From Octopus sinensis (taxonomy: Eukaryota): a stretch of DNA of 64,000 bases. Below, in pieces: positions 23,590 through 35,631 of this stretch. Location: positions 79,608,001 through 79,672,000 of the forward strand of contig NC_042998.1 in NCBI RefSeq assembly GCF_006345805.1. Direction: 5' to 3'. How positions within the stretch are numbered: position 1 is the stretch's first letter; the number at the start of each line of letters is the position of its first letter. The position numbers were made by a program, and so were the translations under genes. The notes under the pieces were generated by a model. It did no database searches. It was not told the DNA's origin and saw only the letters and a program-made list of their open reading frames with translations.

Positions 23590-26517
23590 ATATATCTATA
23601 TGCAAATATAAACAAATTTTAATAATGGAAAGATACATTGTTGGCAAATTATTTTGTAAGTTAACTACTTTTTTTGCAAACTTTTTAACTTCTGTATATA
23701 TTTATGATGAACATTTTTTTGTGTTCAGCTAAATTTCATCTTGTCTTGGGTTTTATATATAAATATATATATATATAGGATGAAAATCAAGGATGACCTA
23801 AGCAGAATGGGAATTCAGAACGTAAAGAGCTGGAAAAAATGCTTCCAACACTTTAATGAATCTGCTAGCAAAATAGTGGTTTTAGTAGTAGTAGTAGTAA
23901 TATCTAACATAGGCATCAGGAGATAATTTTAAGGGAAGCAGGTGTAGATGATTAACTCGACTCCAATACTTGAATAGCTGTTATTTTGTTAACCTCAAAA
24001 AAATAAAGTTGACCCTAGCAGAATTTTGAACTCAAAACATACAGGATCATAAGTAAATACCACAAGGTTATTATTAGTTTGGTACTCTATCAATTCTGTT
24101 ACTCTTGCCTGGAATAACTCTTCACTATTGTTTCTAAAACAAAACACACAAAAAAAAATACCTGCTGTATAAATTCCTTATCAATTAAATATTCTTTTCT
24201 ACTCTTGGAACAAGGCCTGAAATTTTTGGTGGAAGGTGGGGGGGCAGTTGATTAGATGTAAAGACAGACAAAATACCACTAAACATTTCACTCAGCGTGC
24301 TAATGTTTCTGCCAGCTCGCCACCTTCTTATCAATTAAATATTATTTTGAAAGTAATTTTATATACATTTTTGTTATCATTTCAACACCACTTACAGTTC
24401 CAAAAGTTATATGATTTCTACTACTTTTGTTTTATATTTTGTATATGTTTTATACATTTTTATTCTGTTTGCAATGTGTTTATTAATTATTTCAGTGAGA
24501 TTGTGATGTTCTTGTTAAACTAATGATAGTGCTGATTCATAAATGATAAATCTACAGCTGTAATTTCATGTTTGAAATAAAGAACTATAACACTCATACA
24601 CTGAGCTTCATTGCCTCTATAAAGCCCAATACACGGGAGGTAGTTTTATGTGCCACCAGCACAGCCATATCGTGGAGGCAATGTAGCTGATGCTGATGTC
24701 ACATAACTAGCACCCATGCTGGTGGCACATTTGGGCCTCAATGTAGCCAACGAACAGGTTCGCATAGTTGGAGCCCATTCTCATTCCCACAATAACTCCC
24801 GAGACCACTGGTAAAAATCCCCTGTGAATGAGAAGCAGTTAAGTGAGAGGACAAGTTTGGCCAGATGAAGGAGTGTGGATGTGTCGGGTTGGGTCGAAGG
24901 CCAAGGAAATGTTGGACTCATTTTATTTTATTAACAATTCTAGATTTCAGAAAAAATTACAAGAATCTGCTTAATTTTTGTTTCTGTTTCTGTTTGTTGG
25001 GCCTCACAGAGGCAATGACAAATGACATACTTGAGAAGACTCATCAAGCCAAGTGAAACCATGGCAGATATTGGTGTCATGCAAACTGACGCCTATGCCA
25101 GTGACATGTAAAAGCACCTAGTACACTCTTGGAGTGGTTGGTATTAGGAAGGGCATCCAGCCACAGAAACCATGCCAAATCAGACTAGAATCTGGTGCAG
25201 CTCCTCAGCTTACCAGCTCTGATCAAACCATCCAACCCATGCCAGCATGGACAACGGATATTAAATGATGACAATAATGAATACTTGCAAAATTCTTCTT
25301 TCCCCATGTATCATCCAAAAACTGATTTCAGTATATATGTAGTTAAAATATATTTTTGTTTATGGTGCTTTTATATTCTACTTGAAAGAGAAATCCAATG
25401 TAGTTACAAAATGGTAACCTATTTCTTTCAAAATATTTCTAATAAATGGTTACATTTGATGTTATTTTAACATCATCACCATCTATCATTCATTTTGTTT
25501 TCATGCTGGTATGGCTTGGACAGTTTGACAAGGTCTGGTGAATCACAAGGCTGTGCCAAGATTCAGTGTCAGCTTTGGCATATCTTCTATGGCTGGATGC
25601 CCTTCCTAACACCAACAACTTGACAGTGTGTGCTGGGTGTATTTTTTCATGACACCAGCACTAGTGAGGTTGCCTGCAGAAACATCAGTACTTAGACATT
25701 AAACTTTGTTTCACAAAAAGAAATATAGTACATACTGAAATAAAATATGCATAGCAGATCAAGAATTGTATTTAAGAAAGCTTTGAAGCAATGTGCAAAT
25801 AGCAAAAATGTGATCACATACAAAAAACTAACAGAAATTCAAAAACTGAATGAAATAAAATTCAGCAAATGAATTATAAGGTTCAGTTTGGAATGTAAAA
25901 TATGACAAAGTTTATTATAGATCATAATGCTTGTAATAGAAACGTAATAAAAAAATAACTAAATAAAAAGTAAAAAGTGTTACAGGAAAAAATAATGACA
26001 ATGAAATTCTTGAGCAAATAAGTAGAAGATACGAGTGCCAATTGGTGGCTGTAAGTGTATATTTGAGTGTATTCCATCATTTGACATAAATTTACTACAG
26101 CATGGCCATAGTCTAATGACTGAAACAAGTAAAAGGTAAATTATATACACATATATGTACAATGGTCTCTTTCAGTTTCCATCTACCAAGTCCACTGACA
26201 AGGCTATGGTTTGCTCAGAACTATAATAGAAAGCACTTGCCCAAAGTGCCATGCAGTAGGACTGAACCTTAAACCATGTCACTGAGAAGTTTTTAACAGT
26301 GGAAACATCTCTGTCAGTGTGTTGTTAACAAGTTTTATAATGTCGCACAAACTCAAACAGAATACTGATCTCAGAAGCATACCAAGATCTAAATGCTATA
26401 CAAGTGGTTAAATAACAATTTGCTAAAATTGGTGTTAAAAACACCTACATGATATATAGGAGAAGACTGATCCTCTGATACCTCTTTTATGTGTAAATTT
26501 AACACACACTTGCACAT

Positions 26518-26910
26518 AAGGAGTGGCTGTGTGGTAAGTAGCTTGTTTACCAACCACATGGTTCAGGGTTAAGTACCACTGTGTGACACCTTGGGCAAGT
26601 GTCTTCTACTATAGCCTCGGACCGACCAAAGCCTTGTGAGTGGATTTGGTAGACGGAAACTGAAAGAAGCCCGTCGTATATATGTATATATATGTGTTTG
26701 TGTGTCTGTGTTTGTCCCCCTAGCATTGCTTGACAACCGATGCTGGTGTGTTTATGTCCCCGTAACTTAGCGGTTCGGCAAAAGAGACCGATAGAATAAG
26801 TACTGGGCTTACAAAAGAATAAGTCCCGGGGTCGAGTTGCTCGATTAAAAGCGGTGCTCCAGCATGGCCACAGTCAAATGACTGAAACAAGTAAAAGAGT
26901 AAAGAGTATA
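26518..26910 (+). mobile_element. tRNA-derived SINE (abundant family)
   Basis: ggagtggctgtgtggtaagtagc..ccttgggcaagtgtcttctactatagcc..gactgaaacaagtaaaagag; near-identical to 30095-30537. Confidence 0.8.
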
Positions 26911-28176
26911 ATATAGACATAAAATGCAGAGTAGCAAGGATTAAAAAGAAATTAAGCAAGTATGCTCTCCTAGATGTGTAAGATTTCATGTGGCACTCTG
27001 TCAGCTACGACGACAAGGGTTCCAGTTGGTCCAATCAGCAGAACAGCCTGCTCGTGAAATTAACATGCAAGTGGCTGAACACTCTACAGACACGTGTACC
27101 CTTAATATTCTTCTTGAGGAGATTCAGTGTGACAAGGCTGGCCCTTTGAAATACAGGAAGAAAGAGTGGGAGAAAGTTGTGGTGAAAGAGTACAGCAAGG
27201 TTTGCCATTAGCCCTTGTTGGAGCGTCGTGGAGCTTTAGGTGTTTTTGATCAATAAACACTCACAATGTCTGGTCTGGGAATTGAAACCACAAGTCTGCT
27301 GCCCTAACCACCAGGCCATTGTGCCTTCACAGTGTAAGATTAGTGTGCATAAACAAAGGAGTATATATGAGCTGAGAGAAAAATTGGTTATAAGAACTAT
27401 CAAAGGTAGTGTGCAAGAGTTAGTATATGCATATGATATATAAATGGTGATGGCTGTATAAAACAGTGCCAAGCTATTCATCTCTATCCATCACTCTCTG
27501 CCAATTTACCCCCATTCATTCTGTTTCTACCATAATAATCTTGCTACCTTCACTCATCCATCATGGTTCCTCCATTGGTCTCTCTTCTATACACCTTCTT
27601 GGTTTCTTGCCTTGTGAAAATAAACATATATTAAAGTGGTCAGAAGTTTTGTGAGATACAAAGCAACTTCACGGGTACTGGTACCATGATAACTGCATTC
27701 AGTATAGTGTATAATAGAGGACTATGCTATATGGTTACATACACATCCCTCTGTGTTCAGACACATAAAAAATAGAAATTCTACGAAACTATCAAATCAG
27801 ATCTGAAACTTAAAACAGTAGCAAATAAATTCATCAAGTGGGAAATAAAAAGTTTTTGTATTTGAGTTGCATGATTCTTTATGTGACTTCATATGTTGAA
27901 GCATATTTTGAGGTGTCTGGGGAGTGTCAACAACTATTGAAGAGGTTACTTGGAGCAATGAAAATTTTAGAAAAAATAAATAAATAAGTAAATGAGTGGA
28001 AATCAAACCAGTGAGTGTGTTAATTAATAAGGCATTAAAACAAAATGACACTCCCCAAACACAACAGAATCAAAAAGTTCAAACCATTCAAAAGAGAACC
28101 AAGTGATGTGACATCTACATAGCTACATAGCTGAAAAGAGCGTCATATTCTGGGATACATGAACCTCTTGCTTGTA

Positions 28177-29467
28177 CGAGGGGCGTTCAATAAGTAATGC
28201 CCCTGACCCACTTCCTATAGCAGTAGAGCAACGAAACTTGGCAAAGTTATTAGTCTTTTTCTACATAGGAACCACCCAGGGATACGCATTTCTACCATCG
28301 TTTGATGCAGCTCTGGAGACCGTTTTTGTAGAAGACCCCAGCTTGGTCCTCCAACCTGAACGTGACTTCAGAAATCAAGGCTGCATCATCTGGGAAACGC
28401 TTTCCTTTCAAAAACAACTTCATGACTGGAAAGAGGTGAAAATCAGAGGGTGCAATGTCAGGAAAGTAGGGGGGATGGGGAGGAGTTCATAGCCATACGC
28501 CTGTGCTTCTGATCTGGCGACAAGCGAGTTGTGGACCAGAGCGTTGTCCTGCAGGAGGAGGATGCCTTTGCTGATCTTGCCCCGCCTCTTGATTTTGATA
28601 ACTTCTCTTAATTTCCTCAAAAGTGAAGCATAATAGGCTCCTGTAATTGTGGTACCCTTTGCCTGGAAATCTGTCATCACTACTCCGTCCTGGTCCCAGA
28701 AGACTGTGAGCATGACCTTGCCAGCGGAGGGCTGCACCCTTGCCTTCTTTGGAGGGGGTGAGTCACGGTGCTTCCACTGCATTGACTGGGCTTTGGTCTC
28801 TGGATCATCGTGATGGACCCAGGTTTCATCCTGTGTAATCAGTCTTTTGAAAAATTTTGACTCATCTTCTTGGCACATCTCCAAATTCATCCTCGAGCAC
28901 TCGACGCGTTCTTGCTTCTGGAAAGGCGTGAGCAACCTGGGAATCCATCTGGCAGACACCTTTTGCATATGCAAATGGTCATGAATGATAGTTTCCACAG
29001 ACCCGGTACTAATCTTGACCTCATGGGCTATTTGGTGAATAATTATGCGTCGATCTTCCAAAATGGCAGCCTCAACTTGACGGACAGATGCCTCATCAAT
29101 GGCAGAAGGGGGCGACCAGATCTGGGAGCTGTTTCCACAGAGTTCCGACCATGTTTGAATTCACAATGCCAGCATTTTACAAGGTCATATGATGGGGCAT
29201 CATCACCATAAGTTACTTTCATTTCATCAAAAGTCTCCCGTGGTGTGCGTCCTTTCAAATACAAAAACCGGATCACTGCTCGACACTCAACAGGCTCCAT
29301 TTCACACTTGACTCAGTTCAAACACCTGTAAATCAGAAACCACAATTAGTTCAGAGCTGTAATTTGTCACTTTATCTATAGAGATATAAATGATTGCACA
29401 TGCAAAATTTCAGCTAGATCAAACAATTGCAAATGGGTCAGAGGCATTACTTATTGAACATCCCTCG
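28177..29467 (-). mobile_element. full-length mariner transposon (irritans/Himar1-like, D34D), 1291 bp, transposase frameshifted
   Basis: TA-flanked TIRs (cgaggggcgttcaataagtaatgcc / ggcattacttattgaacatccctcg). Transposase from 29300: MEPVECRAVIRFL..WIPRLL..ITQDETW..LLQDNA..(frameshift)HPPYFPDIAPSDF, with 34 residues between D2 and D3; two frameshifts. Confidence 0.95.
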
Positions 29468-30094
29468 TATTTAGACACAAGAGCAGAGATGTTTAGTGAA
29501 TGCAAACACTTCAACAAACATTTACTATGCAACTGGAAACCACCACCATCAGAACAACTTAAGATAATTACTATCTATATGTGTATATGCTCGTATACAG
29601 ATGTGTATGTGTGAATGCATCCACCTGACATACATGTAAGGGAAAAAGCATACTCTGTGTGCAATTTATACAAATGGAGATATCTTATGCATGTCGTCTG
29701 TTATTTTATTCTTACTTTTCTAATTTCATCCTCTTTATTGTATAGTTCTATTTTTCTTCTTTCTATCTCTCATCTCTTACTCATGTTCTCTCTTCTCTCT
29801 CACTCTTTCTTACTTTAAGGCATGTTTATTATTTGTACGCGCGTCTGTGTCTGTGTGTTCGCGCACGCAGGTGACTTTCACTAGTGTGTATTGACAAAAT
29901 TTATAAATAGCAAGAAAACATCCCCAGAAATAACAAGGCCTTCGAACAAAAATGTTTTATCATACCTGTTTCGTTCGAGTTACACAGAATCTTTTGTCAT
30001 TCTTACCATTGTAAATAGTAACTTGTAAGTGAGGACGTTATTGTGTATAAAAAGCAATATAAAAATGAATAAAAATTAACAAAAAACACATACA

Positions 30095-30278
30095 TAGGCG
30101 CAGGAGTGGCTGTGTGGTAAGTAGCTTGCTTACCAACCACATGGTTCCGGGTTCAGTCCCACTGCGTGGCACCTTGGGCAAGTGTCCTCTACTATAGCCT
30201 CGGGTCGACCAAAGCCTTGTGAGTGGATTTGGTAGACGGAAACTGAAAGAAGCCCGTCGTATATATGTATATATATAT

Positions 30279-30326
<48 letters not shown>

Positions 30327-30537
30327 TGTGTGTGTTTGTGTTTGTCCTCCTAGCATTGCTTGACAACCGATGCTGGTGTGTTTATGTCCCCGTAACTTAG
30401 CGATTCGGCAAAAGAGACCGATAGAATAAGTAGTGGGCTTACAAAAGGATAAGTCCCGGGGTCGAGTTGCTCGACTAAAGGCGGTGCTCCAGCATGGCCG
30501 CAGTCAAATGACTGAAACAACTAAAAGAGTAAAAGAG
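30095..30537 (+). mobile_element. young tRNA-derived SINE (same family as 26518)
   Basis: Complete head-to-tail copy with CpGs intact and an internal (TA)n tract. Confidence 0.85.
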
Positions 30538-30620
30538 ACATATTACTAGCCAGAAATATCCGATCGTCTGCTGCAAAAGGTATATTAATGTGACCTTCAC
30601 CGTTTGTCATTGTTACAAAC

Positions 30621-30683
30621 ATGGCGTCCCTTGTTATATCGTCATTTCGGTCTGGTCTTATTAAAGGAGCTCAACGTTACTCA
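30621..30683 (+). CDS. IDH3B: isocitrate dehydrogenase [NAD] subunit beta, exon 1 (mitochondrial presequence)
   Basis: acaaacATGGCG..TACTCA|gtaagt; MASLVISSFRSGLIKGAQRYS is rich in Ser/Arg and has no acidic residues. It sits in a locally CpG-retaining region consistent with a 5' end and is in phase 0 with exon 2. Confidence 0.85.
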
Positions 30684-32180
30684 GTAAGTATATTAAACAA
30701 TTCTTCTGGGGTTTTTTCCCCTCTTTGGTTTATCTTATCTTAATTCATATCATACTGTGGATAATACGTATTGGCTTATGTTAGATCGCTGTAATCTTCA
30801 CCAAATCTATTAACCTTTACTCCCAACCTTTATTTTGGACTTTCGCATTTTCTTTCTCTCGCAATCTTCAAATTAAATTGTCATATGCCGAATCAGAATG
30901 ACATTTCATTAAGAAATGAAATTTGCTAATCGAAAGGCTGTACAATTCTATGGAATTAGAAACTATATTTTACTATCAATCGCCCGCCGTGGAAATGTAT
31001 TTGTTATTTAACACTAGGTCAGCTGTGAATGGACATACGTATGATTAATTCATCCGTCTTGTATATATGTCTCTCTCTTCAATGCCATATTACTAAACTG
31101 TCAGTATTTTATATGGAATATCACATAGTTGAGACTCCGAAATAGAATATTTCCCAAAGTGAAAATAACTTGGTTGATTCCTTTGCGCATCCGTGTTTTT
31201 GTGTGCGCACTAATGCACAGAATGTACGGACGCCTGAAAACATGCGTGTTTCTAAAGGTTTCCAACCGTGACTATTTCGTCTTTTAAAGGAATCCCGATT
31301 GTGATCATTTCATCTTTTAAAAGCGTTTCAAATATGATTATTCCCCCCCCCCAGTCTAAATAGAGGGTGAAGCACAATGAGTATATATTTACTGCATTTT
31401 TGATTTTGACCAAAAGATATTTGTTTACAAATGTTCGCTACCTTACAAAAGCTACATCAACTGAGCAAATTACCTTCTCTAAATGCATTAAAAGCACTAT
31501 AATGTATTCAGAACACTAATTCAAGAAATTATCTCCGATCTCTTTGTTTAAAAAAAAGGTTAATTTAGCTGGGGCAAAATGAGTTAAACACGATAGGGTA
31601 AATTTTACTTCTTCAATTCTTTAGAATTACATTTGAAAAAAAAAAAAAAACGCAAAGTAATTCATACACATCAATATCTGTATTTAGATATCAGAAAGAT
31701 CAGAAATGCCACAAAAATTTTAGATATCTCGGTCAAATGAAAGAGGCTCATGGAAAAATGGCACATGATATGAAATTAATGAAACTCGACAAAATCCAGA
31801 AGCTCAGCACAAAATAAATATTCTTTATAGCTTCTTCTCAATCTGATGGATTGGCGCTCTTCCTGATATATGTATATATATATATATATATATACACCAT
31901 GCCGTTAACAAAAACAAAGTACTGAAATTAGTCATTACTCATTTTGCCCCAATTTAAGCATCAATTTTTGAAAATTGAATCTCAACAAATTAGTCATTAG
32001 TATGGGCAAAAAAATTGACTTGGATTCCAACAGAGAAAAAAAATTTTATTGTTAAACACCAAATATTATCCAGATATTTTAACAGCAACTTCAATTACAA
32101 TTGAGTCAAATTTGAAAAAAATTCTTGGAAAAAAAGTACCCATCATCTGACTGTTTCAAACTTCCAACTTCAATAACTAT

Positions 32181-32417
32181 ATTATTTACATTTGACGGAT
32201 ATTTGTCCTCATTTTGTTTGTTGTTAACACAATGTTTCGTCTGATATATCCTCCAGCCTACATCAGGTATTTTGGGGAAATTTTGAACCTGGATTCTCAT
32301 TCCTAAGGTATTTTTCGATGATATTATTATTATTATCATTATTATTCAGGTCACTGCCTGGAATCGAACTCGGAATCTTAGGGTTAGTAGCCCGCACTCT
32401 TAACCACAATGCCATAT
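32181..32417 (-). mobile_element. tRNA-headed, hammerhead-containing SINE-like unit, left copy (mutated core)
   Basis: Reverse complement of 32446-32670 at about 90% identity; the core reads CUGAUGU and GAAACAUU. Confidence 0.8.
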
Positions 32418-32445
32418 GATCACTCTTAACCACTACGCCATATGA

Positions 32446-32704
32446 TGGCGTAGTGGTTAAGTGTGCGGGCTACTAACCCCAAGATTCCGAGTTCGATTCG
32501 AGGCAGTGACCTGAATAATAATAACAATAACATCGAAAAATACCTTAGGAATGAGAACCCAGATTCGAAATTTCCCCAAGACACCTGATGAAGGCTGGAG
32601 GGTATATCAGCCGAAACGTTGTGTTAACAACAAACAAAATGAGGACAAATATCTGTCAAATGTAAACAATGTACATAATTCCTCATCTCTTAAATATAGA
32701 ACTG
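32446..32704 (+). mobile_element. tRNA-headed, hammerhead-containing SINE-like unit, right copy
   Basis: A box TGGCGTAGTGG, B box GTTCGATTC, (AAT)n linker, then a hammerhead. Confidence 0.82.
32580..32625 (+). ncRNA. minimal type I hammerhead ribozyme
   Basis: GACAC CUGAUGA A GGCUG gaggguauau CAGCC GAAA CG UU GUGUU; palindromic stem III AACGUU, GUU cleavage triplet. Confidence 0.85.
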
Positions 32705-33112
32705 TTCAACAACTATGCTGATCAATTTTTACATCTAAAGATGATGCAATACTTGCAATGTAATAGTTGCACAAACAGGTAAGGAGAAGATAAGGAATCA
32801 AGAAATTACTCATTTTACCCTACGTATTCCTCATGTCACTCCCATTTTTTGGGAGACACTTTGAATGATGGAGTATGGTGGCTGCAAAATAAAACTGCAG
32901 TAATCCTGTGTAGAATGCCTTTGATTACATGACAGTTGGATCAAAGCTGATTTGGAGTTAAACAACAATAACAGCTCACAACTAACAATCCCTTGAAAAA
33001 CAACTAATGGCATTACACGTAACTGGTGTGTGAATACTGCCATTGCCTGTCATGTTCAAAGTAACTTCTGCATTCCTTGTCAATATATAACTTCAGTATA
33101 AAATTAATCAGT

Positions 33113-33292
33113 GGCATGTAAAAAGCACCCACTACACTCATGGAGTGGTTGGTGTTAGGAAGGGCATCCAGCCATAGAAACATTGCCAGATCAGACTGGG
33201 CCTGGTGCAGCCTTCTGGCTTCCCAGACCCCAGTTGAACCGTCCAACCCATGCTAGCATGGAAAGCAGACGCTAAATGATGATGATGATGAT
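33113..33292 (+). mobile_element. RTE LINE 3' end
   Basis: aagcacccactacactc..ttaggaagggcatccagc..catgctagcatggaaagcagacgctaaatgatgatgatg. Confidence 0.75.
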
Positions 33293-34204
33293 TAAAAAAC
33301 AAAACATTTTATTAAAGATGCAATAGATGTATATTTCAACATGCAATACCACCTGGTATCTTGTAGAGATGACGTTAGACTGTACCAGGAGATAAAAAGA
33401 ATTGATCTTACACAGTACTGATCTTTCCTGCAATCTGACCTGAACATAATGCAGCAATAGATAGCTGACAAGCTTACCATTATATATTTTGGATGAGTGG
33501 TAAAAGAAACAAAAACAAAACAGAATTTACCTCTACCCTCTACAACACCAAGTTTAAGAAGTTTGCTGGTGAACATAACCTTGGTATTTGTTGTTAACAA
33601 TGATCTGCTCTGGGTGAAAAATTGTCAAAAAAGTCAAAGGTGTCTTAGTATCACTCTCTAAAACCTTTTTCTATTGTTTACCAACTATTTATTTAAAGCT
33701 ATATATGGCTTTGGTATGTTCATACACTTGCATCTCCAGTCTGGAAACACATCTTGTCCAGAATATTGATCTATTGGGCATTGAATTCAAAAAGGTGGAC
33801 GCACTTGTAAAATTAAAAAGCAGCACAGCACCCACAATTTTCAGAGACTTTTTTTCCATGTTCAGAATTATTGAAGCATGGAAAAACAGATAAAAACATT
33901 AGTTGTTATCTGTCAGGACAGTGCGTCCTTCAGAAATTACATGCTGCTCAAAATTCTCCAACACTTCTCCTGACTTGCTTATGTACACTTTCTTCCTTAT
34001 GGTTCTTTTACTGTTCACTTTTCTGTCTTTTTTCCTGTATACAATGCAGTTTGCTATCATTGCTATTTTCCTTTACTTACTACTTTTCATCACCTTTTCC
34101 CCTTTTCTAATGAGTTGTAGTGTACTCGAGCACTGTATTCAATAAACTCATTATTGCTGTAATACTGCAAAAAGAAGATATGTAACAATCATGTAAAATA
34201 AAAT

Positions 34205-34570
34205 ATGGAATGCTTATTTTTGCTGGGTGAAATGCTTAGCTCTATTTCGCTCCTTGCTACATTCTGAGTCCAAATTCAGCTGAGGTTGACTTTGCCTTTC
34301 ATCTTTATGAGTTCAATTAAGTACCAGAGTAATTGCAAATACTTGAAACGTGGTGTTCAAACCAGTCAAGGTTTGTTGCAACTGTCTGTAAGTATTCAAA
34401 AGGATTTCTTATTTAATTTACTATAGCTACTACAGTAATCCCTTGCCATATCGCGGTTCACCTATTACGACTCAGCACACCAAAATTTACTTATTGTGCA
34501 CTGGGGTTAATGTGATCGACTTACCCACTCCCCTCAAATTTCAAGCTTTGTGCCTATTGTAGAAAGGATT
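34205..34570 (+). mobile_element. Nin/Deu-like SINE split by an inserted IDH3B exon-2 copy
   Basis: The SINE consensus gtaccag|..actgggg is interrupted after 34327 and resumes near 34495. Confidence 0.7.
34328..34387 (+). pseudogene. duplicate copy of IDH3B exon 2 (pseudo-exon or alternative exon)
   Basis: accag|AGT..TCT|gtaagt; SNCKYLKRGVQTSQGLLQLS, differing by 3 nt from 35632-35691. About 80 nt of the following intron is also copied. Confidence 0.8.
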
Positions 34571-35631
34571 ATTATTATTAATATTAAAATTGTTTAACCT
34601 GCAGATAAGATTTGATGAAGTCTACTGGATCAGAACTTATCTGGAGGTTAAACAACTTTGACAACAAGTAACTGATTATCTTCACTAATAAAGGACTTTC
34701 TACATAATCACTTTATAAATTTCCACCTGCAGATTATATCTTGTAGAGATACATCCTCTGCAGGAAATTTCTATTTAAATAGATTGTTACATTGCATCTG
34801 TCTTTTCTTGTGAAGTAAACACCTCTGATGGGACCCCAATGAGGGTTGAAAATTAAAACTGTTCATAATTTTTTCAATCTACAGAGAAATAGGTAAATTT
34901 CATATGCTTGTATGTTTAGGCTTACATGTATATATTCAAAATGTGTGTGTGTGTGTACATGAAGATGAATATTCCATGACCTTGTTTGACAAAAACATGA
35001 GTGAAGTGGTGATAAAGCCACTGCCTCCCTCTCAGGTTTCATAGTCTTGCATGCTGCTTGGTGACCTCATTGTACCAGTGGCATGAAAAAAGCTCCCAGT
35101 ACATGCAGTAAAGTGGTTGATATTAGGAAGGGCATCCAGTCATAGAAACCATGTCAAAACAGTTTCTGGAGCATGATGCAGTTCTTGGACCCATTAGATC
35201 CTGTCAAACCATCCAACTCATGCCTGTGCAGAACATGAACATTGAATGATGATTATGATTTGTTGTTGAAATAATGACCAATGTTTTATACTTTTAAAAA
35301 ACTGTGAAATAATAAGAAATCTCTTGTTTGAAAAACAAGTAGGGATTAGTGGCAGGAAGAGCACCCAGCTGTAAAATCCTGCTTTGTCCAACTCATGCTA
35401 ATATAAAAAAAAAAAAACAAATATCAAAGAAAAAAAAATGAATGAACAGACAAAACCTCTTTTCTGTTATTCAAATTTTATACAAGATGTATTAAAATCC
35501 TAGTTCAACGCATTTCCATTCACAAATTCAAATAATTTTCAATTTGAAATGTTGTAAGAATTTTCATTTCTTATTTATTCTTTTATGTATATTTTATTCA
35601 TATATATATATTTATTCCCTCTATATTTCAG

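Noticed and set aside
32446-32515. Stand-alone tRNA gene
   Set aside because: It has A and B boxes but no closing acceptor stem, and it is part of a longer repeated unit.
33330-33890. Probable CR1-type RT remnant
   Set aside because: Too decayed for confident motifs or boundaries, so it is not listed as a feature.
34105-34160. Small nested hairpin (aatgagtt..ctcgag..aactcatt)
   Set aside because: Short and imperfect, with no associated element ends or function.
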